The notes below the pieces were generated by a model. It saw nothing but the letters and a program-made list of their open reading frames with translations. It was not told the DNA's origin and searched no databases. Of a stretch of DNA of 39,242 bases, positions 23,956 to 33,268 are shown piece by piece. The position numbers and the translations under genes were made by a program. The DNA comes from Acidimicrobiales bacterium. Lineage in GTDB: Bacteria > Actinomycetota > Acidimicrobiia > Acidimicrobiales > VFJN01. Each line of letters starts with the position of its first letter. Positions within the stretch are counted from its first letter, which is position 1. Where the stretch lies: the NCBI GenBank assembly GCA_035259985.1, contig DATFVX010000095.1, forward strand, positions 1-39,242, written 5' to 3'.

Positions 23956-24383
23956 GGTGGGCGACCCGCGCCGAGTGCCACGTCGACCGCGCGGCCTGCG
24001 CCTGGCTGATCCGCCGCAGCATCGACCCCGACGCCGAGTTCGTGTTCGTCGACGACCCTGGCGATGTGCCCGCCGACGCCACGCCGTTCGACATGCGAGG
24101 CGTGGAGCTGTCCCACCACCGCGGCGACTGCAGCTTCGAAACGATGCTCCACCACTTCGACCTCCAGGACCCGGTCCTGTGGGACATCGCCCGCATCGTG
24201 CACGAGGCCGACCTCGCCGACGACCGGTTCGAGGCCCCGGAAGCCCCAGGCCTCGACGTCATCTGCCGCGGCCTGGCGATGACCAAAAGCGACCTAGACG
24301 TGCTCGCCATCACCTACGCGGTCTTCGACGGCCTCTACGAGCACCGGCGCCGGGCGCTCGTCCTGGGCCACGATCCCTCCTAG
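23952..24383 (+). CDS. ChrB-like protein, C-terminal (chromate-resistance) domain half
   Basis: 143 aa from GTG 23952, which overlaps the upstream TGA (GTGA). RWATRAECHVDRAACAWLIRRSIDPDAEFVFV...ATPFDMRGVELSHHRGDCSFETMLHHFDLQDPVLWDIARIVHEADL fits the Chrome_Resist-type domain. Confidence 0.65.
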   Translation: MRWATRAECHVDRAACAWLIRRSIDPDAEFVFVDDPGDVPADATPFDMRGVELSHHRGDCSFETMLHHFDLQDPVLWDIARIVHEADLADDRFEAPEAPGLDVICRGLAMTKSDLDVLAITYAVFDGLYEHRRRALVLGHDPS

Positions 24384-24462
24384 CCGGCGCCGGACGACAC
24401 GCGGGTCAGCGGTCGGTCGGCCCATCAATGCGGGCGTATCGCTCGGCCTCTAAGGTGCCCAC

Positions 24463-24600
24463 ATGGCTCTCCTCCGACGTGCGCTCGCAGCCGTGGGCAT
24501 CGCCGGCATCATCGCCGTGGTGCTGCGGGTCCGGGGCTCGGGTGGCACGCCGCCACAGTCCGGCGGCTGGCGGGAGCTCAGCGGACCCGGGCTGCGTTGA
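24463..24600 (+). CDS. Possible small (45 aa) single-TM protein
   Basis: My translation: MALLRRALAAVGIAGIIAVVLRVRGSGGTPPQSGGWRELSGPGLR*. It fills the gap before the next gene, has only a weak SD (AAGG) and no recognised homology. Confidence 0.3.
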   Translation: MALLRRALAAVGIAGIIAVVLRVRGSGGTPPQSGGWRELSGPGLR

Positions 24601-24619
24601 CCGGTAGCCGGGGGCGACA

Positions 24620-25597
24620 GTGAGGGTCCTCGTCTGCGGTGCCGGCGCGGTGGGCGCACGGGCCGCCCGCCACCTGATCGCGGAGGGCGACACCGAGACC
24701 GTGCTGATCGCCGATGCCGATCGGAAGCGGCGCTCGGCCGTCGTGAGGTCCCTCGGATCACGGGCCTCGGCGGCCGACGCGGTCGACCCCGCCGCCGTCG
24801 ACCTGGTCGTGGTCGCCGCACCAGCGGCGCGCCACGTCGAGATCGCCAAGCGTGCGGTGACGGCCGGCAAGCACGTGGTGTCCGTGGCCGACAGCGTCGC
24901 CGCCGTGGAGGGCCTGCTCGACCTCCACGCCGAGGCCCGGGAGCGGCGGGTGGTGGTGGCCGTGGGGGCGGGATTCGGTCCCGGGCTGTCGTGCGTGCTG
25001 GCTCGCCACGCCAGCGACGACTTCGACGCCGTCGACGAGGTGCACATCGCCCACCACGGGACCGGGGGACCCGCATGCGCCCGGCAGCACCACGCGGCGC
25101 TGCGCGGGGTCGGGCTCGACTGGCGGGACCATGCCTGGCGCCGTCGCCCACCGGGCTCGGGCCGGGAGCTGTCGTTCTTCCCCGACCCGATCGGGGGTGC
25201 GGACTGCTACCGCGCCGGGCTGCCCGACGCCCTGCTCCTCGTGCCCGCTTTCCCCGGGGTCGGCCGGGTGACGGCCCGCCTCGCGGCGACCCGGCGCGAC
25301 CGCATGACCGCCGGGCTGCCGATGCTCCGGCCCCCCCACGCCGAGGGCCGCATCGGCGGCCTGCGGGTCGAGGTCCGCGGCCGGCGGGGCCGGGTGCGCG
25401 ACACCGTGGTCCTCGGGGCCGTCGATCGGCCCGCCGTTGCCGCCGGCACGGTGGCCGGGGTGACGGCCCGCTGGATCGCCGCCGGGCGGACCCTGACGAC
25501 CGGCGCCGCCGGCTTGGCGTCGCTCGTCGAGCCGCTGCCGTTCCTGCACGAGCTGGCGCGGGCCGGGGTGCGCGCCGCAGTGTTCGAAGGCACGTAA
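24620..25597 (+). CDS. Saccharopine dehydrogenase-like NAD(P)-binding oxidoreductase
   Basis: 325 aa with a GTG start. N-terminal Rossmann motif MRVLVCGAGAVGARAARHL, then VVSVAD and GAGFGPGLSCVLA, typical of the Sacchrp_dh family. Confidence 0.65.
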   Translation: MRVLVCGAGAVGARAARHLIAEGDTETVLIADADRKRRSAVVRSLGSRASAADAVDPAAVDLVVVAAPAARHVEIAKRAVTAGKHVVSVADSVAAVEGLLDLHAEARERRVVVAVGAGFGPGLSCVLARHASDDFDAVDEVHIAHHGTGGPACARQHHAALRGVGLDWRDHAWRRRPPGSGRELSFFPDPIGGADCYRAGLPDALLLVPAFPGVGRVTARLAATRRDRMTAGLPMLRPPHAEGRIGGLRVEVRGRRGRVRDTVVLGAVDRPAVAAGTVAGVTARWIAAGRTLTTGAAGLASLVEPLPFLHELARAGVRAAVFEGT

Positions 25598-25660
25598 GGC
25601 GCACGAGCCCGCGCGGTCACTGGCCGGGAGGCCTGGGTCCGCTGCGGTCGCCCGTCCCCG

Positions 25661-26407
25661 TCAGACCTTCACCGACTCGCGCCACGACTCGAGCAGGGCG
25701 GCGTCGCCGAACACCTCGCAACTGTCGGGCGGAACGCGGTTCCACAGCAGCAACAGCAGGTTCGACACCGTGCCGCGCACGGCCACGTCGCCCTTGGCGT
25801 GCACGTGGTCGACCGACAGGCCCTCGGGAGCCATCGTGACCAGCCATTCACCCTGGCCGGGCTCGTCGCCGACGTCGGTGGCGTGGAGGTGCATGGTCTT
25901 GCCTTCGTTCTCGGAGCCAACCTCCGCCGTTCCCCGCCACGGCAGGATCACGTCGAACAGCTCGTCCACGGCGTCGAGGGCCAGGTCGGTGCCGACGGGC
26001 CGGCCCTCGCCCGCCGCGACCTGCGCGTCCCACCGGTGCACGGCGGTCTCGATGGCCATGCGCCGAGGCCAGAAGATGGGCGGCTGGTCGCCGGCCCAGG
26101 TCTTCACGGACGCATCGCGATCGTCCCGGCCGGCGGCCCCCTCGATGGCGGCGATCAGTTCGGCCAGGCGGGCGCGGGTCCACTCGATCACCGCCTGGCC
26201 CGCCGGCGGCCGGGGGAGCTCTCGCATCCCGTCGCCGGCCTCCACCCACCCGGCGGTCCAGCGATAGGTGCGACCGAGGTGACCCACCAGCCGTTCCATC
26301 CTCCATCCCGGGCAGGTCGGAACGTCGGCGTCGAGGTGGCCAGCGGCGGTCGCCAGGAGGTCGGCGGCATCGCCGCGGAGCGAGTCGAGGTACGAAGCAC
26401 GGTCCAT
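25661..26407 (-). CDS. DinB-fold / mycothiol-dependent maleylpyruvate isomerase N-terminal domain family protein
   Basis: 248 aa from ATG 26407. PTCPGWRMERLVGHLG, ETAVHRWDAQVA, and C-terminal SCP2-like LLLLLWNRV. The track start at 26443 would overlap the divergent corA start. Confidence 0.75.
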   Translation of the reverse strand: MDRASYLDSLRGDAADLLATAAGHLDADVPTCPGWRMERLVGHLGRTYRWTAGWVEAGDGMRELPRPPAGQAVIEWTRARLAELIAAIEGAAGRDDRDASVKTWAGDQPPIFWPRRMAIETAVHRWDAQVAAGEGRPVGTDLALDAVDELFDVILPWRGTAEVGSENEGKTMHLHATDVGDEPGQGEWLVTMAPEGLSVDHVHAKGDVAVRGTVSNLLLLLWNRVPPDSCEVFGDAALLESWRESVKV

Positions 26408-26435
26408 CCACCCATCTTGGGCCAGAATCACGCCG

Positions 26436-27410
26436 GTGATCATCGATTGCGCCGTCTACAGCAAGGGCGTGCGCCAGCCCGGCCAGCTCGACCTGAACGA
26501 TGCGCTCGAGGCCGGGCGCAGCAGCGATCACAGCTTTGCGTGGATCGGCCTTTACGAGCCCGAAGAGGAGGAGTTCGACGCGGTCGCCCGCGAGTTCCAC
26601 CTTCACCCCCTGGCGGTTGAGGACGCGGTCCACGCCCACCAACGCCCCAAGCTCGAGCACTACGGCGACTGCCTGTTCCTCGTGCTCCGGACTGCGCGCT
26701 ACAACGACGAGGACGAAGCCGTCGAGTTCTCGGAGATCCTGCTGTTCGCCGGCGACCGGTTCATCGTCACGGTGCGCCACGGCGAGGGCAGCGCGCTGGC
26801 CCCGGTCAGGGAGCAACTCGAGTCCGATCCGGGGCGCCTGGCGCTGGGCCCGATCGCCGTGGTCCACGCCATCGTCGATCGGGTCGTCGACGACTACCAG
26901 CCGGTGCTGGACGGCCTCGACAACGACATCGCCGAGATCGAGGCCGAGGTCTTCTCCCCCGAACGGACCAATCCGGCCGTCCGGATCTACAAGCTGAAGC
27001 GCCAGGTGCTCGCCCTGTACCGGGCGATCCAGCCGCTGGCGGAGCCCCTGGCGAACCTCAAGGACGGCAAGCACTCGTTCGGCGAAGTCGACCTCGGCCA
27101 CTACTTCCGCGACGTCGACGACCACGTGCGCAAGGCCGAGGCCCGCATCGAGATCCAGCGGGAGTTGCTGTCGGAGGTCCTCGACGTCAACCTCACGCAC
27201 GTCTCGGTGCACCAGAACGAGGACATGCGGACCATCGCCGGGTGGGCGGCCATGGCGGCGGTGCCCACGATGTTGGCGGGCATCTGGGGCATGAACTTCA
27301 GGCACATGCCCGAGCTCGACCAGTGGTGGGGCTATCCGATGGCCCTGGGCCTGATGGCCGTCGGGCTGGTGGTCCTGTACCGCACGCTCCACCGCCGCGG
27401 CTGGATCTGA
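26436..27410 (+). CDS. corA: Magnesium/cobalt transporter CorA
   Basis: 324 aa with a GTG start. MIIDCAVY N-terminus, HPLAVEDAVHAHQRPKLE, and signature GIWGMNF followed by a C-terminal TM segment. Confidence 0.92.
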   Translation: MIIDCAVYSKGVRQPGQLDLNDALEAGRSSDHSFAWIGLYEPEEEEFDAVAREFHLHPLAVEDAVHAHQRPKLEHYGDCLFLVLRTARYNDEDEAVEFSEILLFAGDRFIVTVRHGEGSALAPVREQLESDPGRLALGPIAVVHAIVDRVVDDYQPVLDGLDNDIAEIEAEVFSPERTNPAVRIYKLKRQVLALYRAIQPLAEPLANLKDGKHSFGEVDLGHYFRDVDDHVRKAEARIEIQRELLSEVLDVNLTHVSVHQNEDMRTIAGWAAMAAVPTMLAGIWGMNFRHMPELDQWWGYPMALGLMAVGLVVLYRTLHRRGWI

Positions 27411-27423
27411 GGCCGACGGCGCT

Positions 27424-28197
27424 CTAGCCGGCGAGGAGGCCGAGCAGCTCGTCGTGGAACCGGCCGTTGGTCGCGACGCCGCTGCCGCCGTCAGCGTCCT
27501 CGCTGCCGTCCACCGAGGTGAACCGGCCGCCGGCCTCGCTCAGGATCACCGGCATCGCGGCCACGTCGTACAGGTCGACCGCCGGGTCGACCATCGCGTC
27601 GACGCGGCCGGTGGCCACCAACGCGTAGCCGTACCCGTCACCCCAGGTGCGCAGCTCGCAGCCCGCGTGCTTGACCGCCAGGAGCGCCTGGTCGGGCCAG
27701 TGGCTGTACCCGCTGGAGGTCAGGTAGGCGCCGTCGAGCGCGGCCGTGTCGCTGACCCGGGCGGGCCGGCCGTCGCTCCAGCAGCCCAGCCCCCTGCCGG
27801 CGTAGACCGCCTGCCCGAGAGCGGGGAGGCCGATGACGCCGAGGGCGGGGCCGTCGGCGTCGTGCAGGGCCAGCAGCGTCGAGTACAGCGGGACGCCGCG
27901 GGTGAACGCCTTCGTCCCGTCGATAGGGTCGACGATCCATCGCCGCCCCGAGCGCCCGGGTCGTTCGGGCTCCTCCTCGCCCAGCACGCCGTCCTCGGGG
28001 AACCGGTCGGCGATGCGCTCTCGCATCAGGCGCTCGGCGGTCCGGTCGGCTTCGGTCACCGGGGTGCCGTCGGCCTTGGTGTCGACGGACAGGTCGGCGG
28101 ATCGGAACCACCGGAGCGTGGTCTCGCCGGCGCTGGTTACGACCTCGACGGCGAAGTCGAGCAGCTCGCGCTCGAGGGGATGCGGCATGGCCGCCAT
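27424..28197 (-). CDS. Inositol monophosphatase family protein (IMPase / histidinol-phosphatase HisN-like)
   Basis: 257 aa. Motifs: DGTPVTEADRTAE, GVLGEE, WIVDPIDGTKAF, WGDGYGYALVATGRVD. The start lies 18 nt after the fabZ stop on the same strand. Confidence 0.85.
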   Translation of the reverse strand: MAAMPHPLERELLDFAVEVVTSAGETTLRWFRSADLSVDTKADGTPVTEADRTAERLMRERIADRFPEDGVLGEEEPERPGRSGRRWIVDPIDGTKAFTRGVPLYSTLLALHDADGPALGVIGLPALGQAVYAGRGLGCWSDGRPARVSDTAALDGAYLTSSGYSHWPDQALLAVKHAGCELRTWGDGYGYALVATGRVDAMVDPAVDLYDVAAMPVILSEAGGRFTSVDGSEDADGGSGVATNGRFHDELLGLLAG

Positions 28198-28215
28198 GGT
28201 GGCAGCCCGGTGGCG

Positions 28216-28665
28216 TCAACGGGCGCCGTTGGAGCCCTCGGCCGGCGCCAGGACGAAGAACAGGCGGGCCTTGCACGCCGCCTTGCCGTCGACCGAGGCG
28301 GTGCCCTGCCCCCAGCCACCGCGGGCCGAGAGGCGGTCCATCACGACCTCGAGCACGAGCTCGTCGCCCGGCCGGACCAGCCGGCGCCAGCGCACGTCCT
28401 CCACGCCGCCGAACAGGGGCAGGGAGCCTGCATAGCGGTCGTCCGACAGGAGCGCCACGGCCCCCGCCTGCGCCAGCGCCTCGAGCTGGATGACCCCGGG
28501 CAGGATCGGGTTCCCGGGGAAGTGGCCGGCCAGGAACGCCTCCGCGCCCGTGACCCGGTAGCGGGCCCGCACGCGTTCGCCGGGCACCAACTCGTCGACC
28601 ACGTCGACGAACCGGAACGGTGGGCGGTGGGGGAGGAGGTCGACGGGGTCGCCGCCCGCGCTCAC
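28216..28665 (-). CDS. fabZ: 3-hydroxyacyl-ACP dehydratase FabZ
   Basis: 149 aa. GTG 28665 overlaps the fabI TGA (GTGA). LPHRPPFRFVDVV...GHFPGNPILPGVIQLEALAQ. Confidence 0.88.
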   Translation of the reverse strand: MSAGGDPVDLLPHRPPFRFVDVVDELVPGERVRARYRVTGAEAFLAGHFPGNPILPGVIQLEALAQAGAVALLSDDRYAGSLPLFGGVEDVRWRRLVRPGDELVLEVVMDRLSARGGWGQGTASVDGKAACKARLFFVLAPAEGSNGAR

Positions 28666-29486
28666 TCCCCCGGCTCCGGCGCCACCTCGCCGGCGGCCAC
28701 GGTCACCTCGCCGGCGGACAGGGCCACCGCGTGGGCGCCGCCGTCGACGTGGACGATCTCGCCGGTCGTGGCCGGGAACCAGTCGGACAGGAGCGCGACG
28801 CATGCCCTGGCCACGGGCTCGGGGTCGCGCACGTCCCAGCCCAGGGGCGCCCGCTGGCCCCATGCGGCCTCCATGGCGCCGAACCCGGGGATCGACCGCG
28901 CCGCCAGGGTCCGCAGGGGGCCGGCCGCCACCAGGTTGACCCGCAGGCCCCTGCCGCCGACGTCACGCGCCAGGTAGCGGCAGGTGGACTCGAGGGCCGC
29001 CTTGGCCACCCCCATCCAGTCGTACGCCGGCCACGCCTGCGCGGCATCGAAGTCGAGGGCGACCACCGACCCGCCCGGGGGCATGAGCGGCAGCAGCGTC
29101 TCGGTCAGCGACTTCAGCGAATAGGCCGACACGTGCAGGGCGGTGGCGACGTCGTCCCAGCCGGCCGCCAGCAGCCCCCCGTCCTGGCCCAGGCAGGCCT
29201 CGGGCGCGAAGCCGATGGCGTGGAGCGCGCCGTCGACCTTGCCCCAGCGCCGACCCAGCTCGTCGGCCAGAGCGGCGTGGTGCGCGGGGTCGGTCACGTC
29301 GAGCTCGACGACGTCAGGCGGCGCGGGCAGCGTCCGCGCCACCCGCTCGGTGAGCCGCATGCCCCGCCCGAACGACGTCAGCACGAGCTCGGCGCCCTGC
29401 TCCTGGGCGAGCCGGGCCACCGCCGCGGCGATCGAGTCCTTCGTGAGCACGCCGGTGATGAGGAGCTTCTTGCCGTCGAGCAGCAT
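28662..29486 (-). CDS. fabI: Enoyl-ACP reductase (NADH), FabI/InhA type
   Basis: 274 aa from ATG 29486. MLLDGKKLLITGV, HAIGFAP, catalytic Tyr/Lys YDWMGVAKAALES, and VNLVAAGPLRTLAA. The 427-aa track ORF carries an Arg/Gly-rich extension that overlaps the upstream gene. Confidence 0.92.
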   Translation of the reverse strand: MLLDGKKLLITGVLTKDSIAAAVARLAQEQGAELVLTSFGRGMRLTERVARTLPAPPDVVELDVTDPAHHAALADELGRRWGKVDGALHAIGFAPEACLGQDGGLLAAGWDDVATALHVSAYSLKSLTETLLPLMPPGGSVVALDFDAAQAWPAYDWMGVAKAALESTCRYLARDVGGRGLRVNLVAAGPLRTLAARSIPGFGAMEAAWGQRAPLGWDVRDPEPVARACVALLSDWFPATTGEIVHVDGGAHAVALSAGEVTVAAGEVAPEPGE

Positions 29487-29503
29487 GGGCGTCCGTCCTC
29501 GGG

Positions 29504-30907
29504 TCACAGGGGGATGTTGTCGTGCCGGCGGGGCCTGAGGCGCTCGCGCTTGGCCGCCAGCGCCGCCAGTGCGCCCGCCACGGCGCCGCGCGTGTCGGCC
29601 GGGTCGATGATCTCGTCGACGTAGCCCCGCTCCAGTGCGGCGGCGGGCGAGAGGTGGGTCGCCTCGTAGTCGGCCTCGAACTGGCGCCGTTGCGCCTCGC
29701 GTTCGCCGTCGCTGGTGGCGCCGTTGAGCTCCCGGCGGTGGAGGATCTCGACCGCGCCCTTGGCCCCCATCACGGCGATCTCGGCGCTCGGCCAGGCGAG
29801 CGCACAGTCGTTGCCCATCGACTTGCAGTCCATGACGATGAACGCCCCGCCGTAGGCCTTGCGGAGCACCACGCACACCCGGGGGACCGTGGCCTCGGCG
29901 TAGGCGAAGGCGAGCTTCGCACCGTGGCGGATCATGCCGCGCCACTCCTGGTCGCGCCCGGGACGGAAGCCGGGCGTGTCGACGAGGGTGACGATCGGCA
30001 GGTTGAAGGCGTCGCAGAAGCGGATGAAGCGGGCGCCCTTCTGCGACCCCTCGATGTCGAGCGCCCCTGCGAGCTGGCTGGGCTGGTTGGCGAGCAGGCC
30101 GACCGGGGCGCCGGCCACCCGGGCCAGGCCGGTGACGACGCTGGTGCCGAACCGCGGCCGCAGCTCCAGGAACTCCCGGTCGTCGACCACGTCGGCGATG
30201 ACCCGGCGCACGTCGTACGACGCCCGGCCGTCGTCCGGGACGGCGCCGGCGGCGTCACGGCTAGGCCGGTCGGCCGGGTCGCAGGCCACCACCGCCGGCG
30301 GGGTCTCGTGGTTGTTCGGGGGCAGGTGGTCGAGCAGGTCGGCGACGAGGTCGAAGGCCTCGTCAACGTCGTCCACCACCAGGTCGGCGACCCCGGTGCG
30401 GGCGCTGTGGACCCACGACCCACCGAGCAGGTCGCCGTCGAGGGTGGCCGACCCGGTGATCCGGGCCGACGCCTGGGGCCCGTTGACGAACGCCGTCGCC
30501 CGGCCCGTCATCACGACCACGTCGGCCAGACCCAGGACGAGCGCGGTGCCGCCCAGGCACGGGCCGTCGACCACGAGCACCACGGGCACCAGTCCGGACG
30601 CCCCCGCCAACGCCCGGGCCAGCGCCCCCCACCCGTGAAGTGACGCCAACCCTGCGGTCGGATCGACACCCACGCCGGCGAGCACGCCGACGACCGGGAC
30701 GCCCGCGTCGACACCGATGGCGACCGTGCGGGCGATCACCTCGGTGTCGGCCTGGATCGGCGCGCCCCGGAACCAGGCGACCGGCCCGTCGACGGGCAAC
30801 CACGGGACGTGGCCCACGCCGGCGTCCACCGTCCCGGGTCGGCCGCGGCCGACGGGGAGCCGCGCCGGCACCGAGGGGGCAGCGACGGCCGTGGCAACCA
30901 CCGTCAC
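29504..30907 (-). CDS. Acyl-CoA carboxylase carboxyltransferase (beta) subunit, AccD6-like by position
   Basis: 467 aa. GTG 30907 overlaps the fabF TGA (GTGA). The C-terminal CT domain is well conserved: LLANQPSQLAGALDIEGSQKGARFIRFCDAFNLPIVTLVDTPGFRPGRDQEWRGMIRHGAKL...LRKAYGGAFIVM. The N-domain retains GPCLGG, but the usual DFTVxGGSxG and DSGGARIQEG motifs are not recognisable. Confidence 0.85.
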   Translation of the reverse strand: MTVVATAVAAPSVPARLPVGRGRPGTVDAGVGHVPWLPVDGPVAWFRGAPIQADTEVIARTVAIGVDAGVPVVGVLAGVGVDPTAGLASLHGWGALARALAGASGLVPVVLVVDGPCLGGTALVLGLADVVVMTGRATAFVNGPQASARITGSATLDGDLLGGSWVHSARTGVADLVVDDVDEAFDLVADLLDHLPPNNHETPPAVVACDPADRPSRDAAGAVPDDGRASYDVRRVIADVVDDREFLELRPRFGTSVVTGLARVAGAPVGLLANQPSQLAGALDIEGSQKGARFIRFCDAFNLPIVTLVDTPGFRPGRDQEWRGMIRHGAKLAFAYAEATVPRVCVVLRKAYGGAFIVMDCKSMGNDCALAWPSAEIAVMGAKGAVEILHRRELNGATSDGEREAQRRQFEADYEATHLSPAAALERGYVDEIIDPADTRGAVAGALAALAAKRERLRPRRHDNIPL

Positions 30908-32211
30908 GCCGGGCCGACGACGAGGGCGGCGTTGTGGCCGCCGAACGCGAACGACGTCGACACGGCCGGCGCCACCTCGATGGTGCGGGGCTCGCCCGCC
31001 ACGACGTCGACGGGCAGGTCGGTGTGCCGGTGATTTGCCGTGGGCGGGACGATCCCCCGCGCCGCCGCCAGCAGCGCGGCGACCGCCTCGACGGCGCCCG
31101 CGGCCCCGATGAGGTGGCCGGTGACGCCCTTGGTCGACGTGACCGGGACCGCCCCGGCCCCGAACACCTTGGCGATCGCGGCCGCCTCGGCGGCGTCGTT
31201 CTGTGGCGTCGACGTGCCGTGCGCGTTGACGTGCCCGATGGCACCGGCGGCGATGCCGGCATCGGCCAGCGCCATCTCGATGGCCGCCACCGCCCCCGAG
31301 CCGTCGTCGATGGGCGCGGTGATGTGGTGCGCGTCGCAAGTGAGCCCGTAGCCGAGAACCTCGCCGTGGATGCGCGCACCGCGGGACACCGCCCGGTCGT
31401 ACGGCTCCAGCACCACGAACGCGGCGCCCTCGCCCATCACGAAGCCATCGCGGTCGTCGTCGAACGGGCGGGAGGCGGCCGCCGGGTCGGGGTTCCTGCT
31501 CAGCGCCCCCATGCGGGCGAAGGCGGCCATGGCCACCGGGCTCACGCTCGCCTCGGTGCCGCCGCAGACGACCACGTCGGCCATGCCGTCGCGCAGGAGG
31601 CGGGCGCCCTCGCCGATCGCATGGGCGCCGGTGGCGCAGGCGGTGGCGATCGCCAGGTTGGGGCCCGTGAAGCCGTGGCGGATCGCGACCAGCGCCGCGG
31701 ACGCGTTGGGCATCATCATCGGCACGAGGAACGGCCCGACCCGGCTGGGACCGCGCTCCGCGTAGCCAATGACCTGGTCCTCGAGCGTGCGGATCCCGCC
31801 GATGCCCGACCCGGCCACGACTGCGCACCGCACCGGGTCGGCACCGAGGTCGTCGGGGGACGGTGCCGGCAGGAGCTCGCTCGCCGTCGGGTCCATGCCC
31901 ACGGCCGTGGCGTCGCCCAGCGCGTCGGCGGCGGCCGCCACGGCCAGCAGGGCCGCACGGTCCGTCCGTCGCACCTCCTTGGGGCCCACGTAGGGCGCGG
32001 CGTCGAAGCCGCGGACCTCGCAGGCGAACCCCACCGAGTGGCGGGAGGCGTCGTACAGCGTGATGGGCGCCGCGGCCGGGCGGGCCGCCACCAGCGTGTC
32101 CCACAGCTCGTCGACCGTCTGGCCGGCCGGGGTCTTGACCCCGATGCCGGTGACGGCGACGCGCAGTCGTCCGCGGTGGTCGGTCGGCGCCGCGGCCTCC
32201 GTCGCCGTCAC
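30904..32211 (-). CDS. fabF: 3-oxoacyl-ACP synthase II (KAS II)
   Basis: 435 aa. GTG 32211 overlaps the acpP TGA (GTGA). [12 protein letters not shown], active-site Cys [13 protein letters not shown], and His residues [11 protein letters not shown] and [12 protein letters not shown]. Confidence 0.93.
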   Translation of the reverse strand: MTATEAAAPTDHRGRLRVAVTGIGVKTPAGQTVDELWDTLVAARPAAAPITLYDASRHSVGFACEVRGFDAAPYVGPKEVRRTDRAALLAVAAAADALGDATAVGMDPTASELLPAPSPDDLGADPVRCAVVAGSGIGGIRTLEDQVIGYAERGPSRVGPFLVPMMMPNASAALVAIRHGFTGPNLAIATACATGAHAIGEGARLLRDGMADVVVCGGTEASVSPVAMAAFARMGALSRNPDPAAASRPFDDDRDGFVMGEGAAFVVLEPYDRAVSRGARIHGEVLGYGLTCDAHHITAPIDDGSGAVAAIEMALADAGIAAGAIGHVNAHGTSTPQNDAAEAAAIAKVFGAGAVPVTSTKGVTGHLIGAAGAVEAVAALLAAARGIVPPTANHRHTDLPVDVVAGEPRTIEVAPAVSTSFAFGGHNAALVVGPA

Positions 32212-32459
32212 GCCTTGGCGGCGCTGGCCGCCAGGATCAGGTCGAGGGCGTCGCCGACGGTGCGAACGTCGGCGAGGTCGTCCTCGGGGATGGTCACGTC
32301 GAGGCTGTCCTCCAGCTGCATGACCAGCTCGACCAGGTCGAGGCTGTCGGCGTCGAGGTCGTCTGCGAAGGAGGCCTGCTCGGTCACCTGATCGGCCTCG
32401 ACCGACAGCACGTCGACGGCTGCCGTGCGAAGGGCGTCGAGGGCGGCGGAACGATCCAT
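32208..32459 (-). CDS. acpP: Acyl carrier protein
   Basis: 83 aa from ATG 32459. Phosphopantetheine attachment motif [18 protein letters not shown]. Confidence 0.93.
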   Translation of the reverse strand: MDRSAALDALRTAAVDVLSVEADQVTEQASFADDLDADSLDLVELVMQLEDSLDVTIPEDDLADVRTVGDALDLILAASAAKA

Positions 32460-32512
32460 GGTGGTGGGTCCTTTCGGGGTGTGATCGGGGAGGATCGGAA
32501 TCGGAGTCTGCG

Positions 32513-33268
32513 TCAGCGTCCCATGCCGATGCCACCGTCCACCGGCACCACGGTGCCGGTGACGTAGGAGGCCGCGTCGGAGCACAGGAACGCGACCACC
32601 GCAGCGACCTCGGCCGGGGTGCCGAACCGGCCCATGGCGGTTGCATCGGCCAGGGCCTGGCGGCGGGCCTCGGGGAGCGCGTCGGTCATGGGCGTGGTGA
32701 TCGGGCCGGGCTCGACCACGTTGACGGTGATGCCCCGCGAGGCAACCTCGCGGGCGACCGAGCGCGACAGCCCGACCAGCCCCGCCTTGGCGGCGGCGTA
32801 GTTGGCCTGGCCCGGCGACCCCGTGGCGGCCACGATCGACGACACGCTGACGATGCGGCCGTAGCGGCCCCGGATCATGGGCCGCAAGGCCCGGCGCAGG
32901 ACATGGAACGGCCCGCTGAGATCGGTGTCCAGCGTGTGTCGCCAATCGTCGTCGGCGAGCTGGACGGTGAGCTTGTCCCGGTTGGCTCCGGCGGCGTTGA
33001 CCAGGATCTCGACGGGCCCCCACGCCGACTCGACGGCGCCGAATGCGGCGTCGACCGAGCCCGGGTCGGTCACGTCGGCGTGAACGGCCATGGCCGTGCC
33101 GCCGACCCGCTCGATGGCCTCGACGACCTTGTCGGCGGCGCCCGCGGACGCGCCGTACCCGACGGCAACCCGGTGCCCGGCGCCCGCCAGCGCCCCGGCG
33201 CACGCCGCCCCGATGCCTCCGGATCCGCCCGTCACGAGCGCGACCCGGGGCGTGAGCGGGTCGGTCAT
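32513..33268 (-). CDS. fabG: 3-oxoacyl-ACP reductase
   Basis: 251 aa from ATG 33268, which overlaps the fabH TGA (ATGA). [15 protein letters not shown], catalytic YAAAKAG. The track start (GTG 33289) adds 7 aa. Confidence 0.9.
   Translation of the reverse strand: MTDPLTPRVALVTGGSGGIGAACAGALAGAGHRVAVGYGASAGAADKVVEAIERVGGTAMAVHADVTDPGSVDAAFGAVESAWGPVEILVNAAGANRDKLTVQLADDDWRHTLDTDLSGPFHVLRRALRPMIRGRYGRIVSVSSIVAATGSPGQANYAAAKAGLVGLSRSVAREVASRGITVNVVEPGPITTPMTDALPEARRQALADATAMGRFGTPAEVAAVVAFLCSDAASYVTGTVVPVDGGIGMGR

Noticed and set aside
25848-28977. 514-aa (-) and 507-aa (+) ORFs over corA, the IMPase gene and fabZ
   Set aside because: They lie antisense to genes with clear signatures (GMN motif, WIVDPIDGT, FabZ HFPGNP) and are artefactual.
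29504-32104. 866-aa ORF that looks like a giant fusion upstream of the carboxyltransferase
   Set aside because: The upstream 399 codons run through fabF in a different frame and consist of Arg/Gly/Pro repeats. The fabF frame contains the KAS active-site motifs, so the carboxyltransferase starts at GTG 30907.
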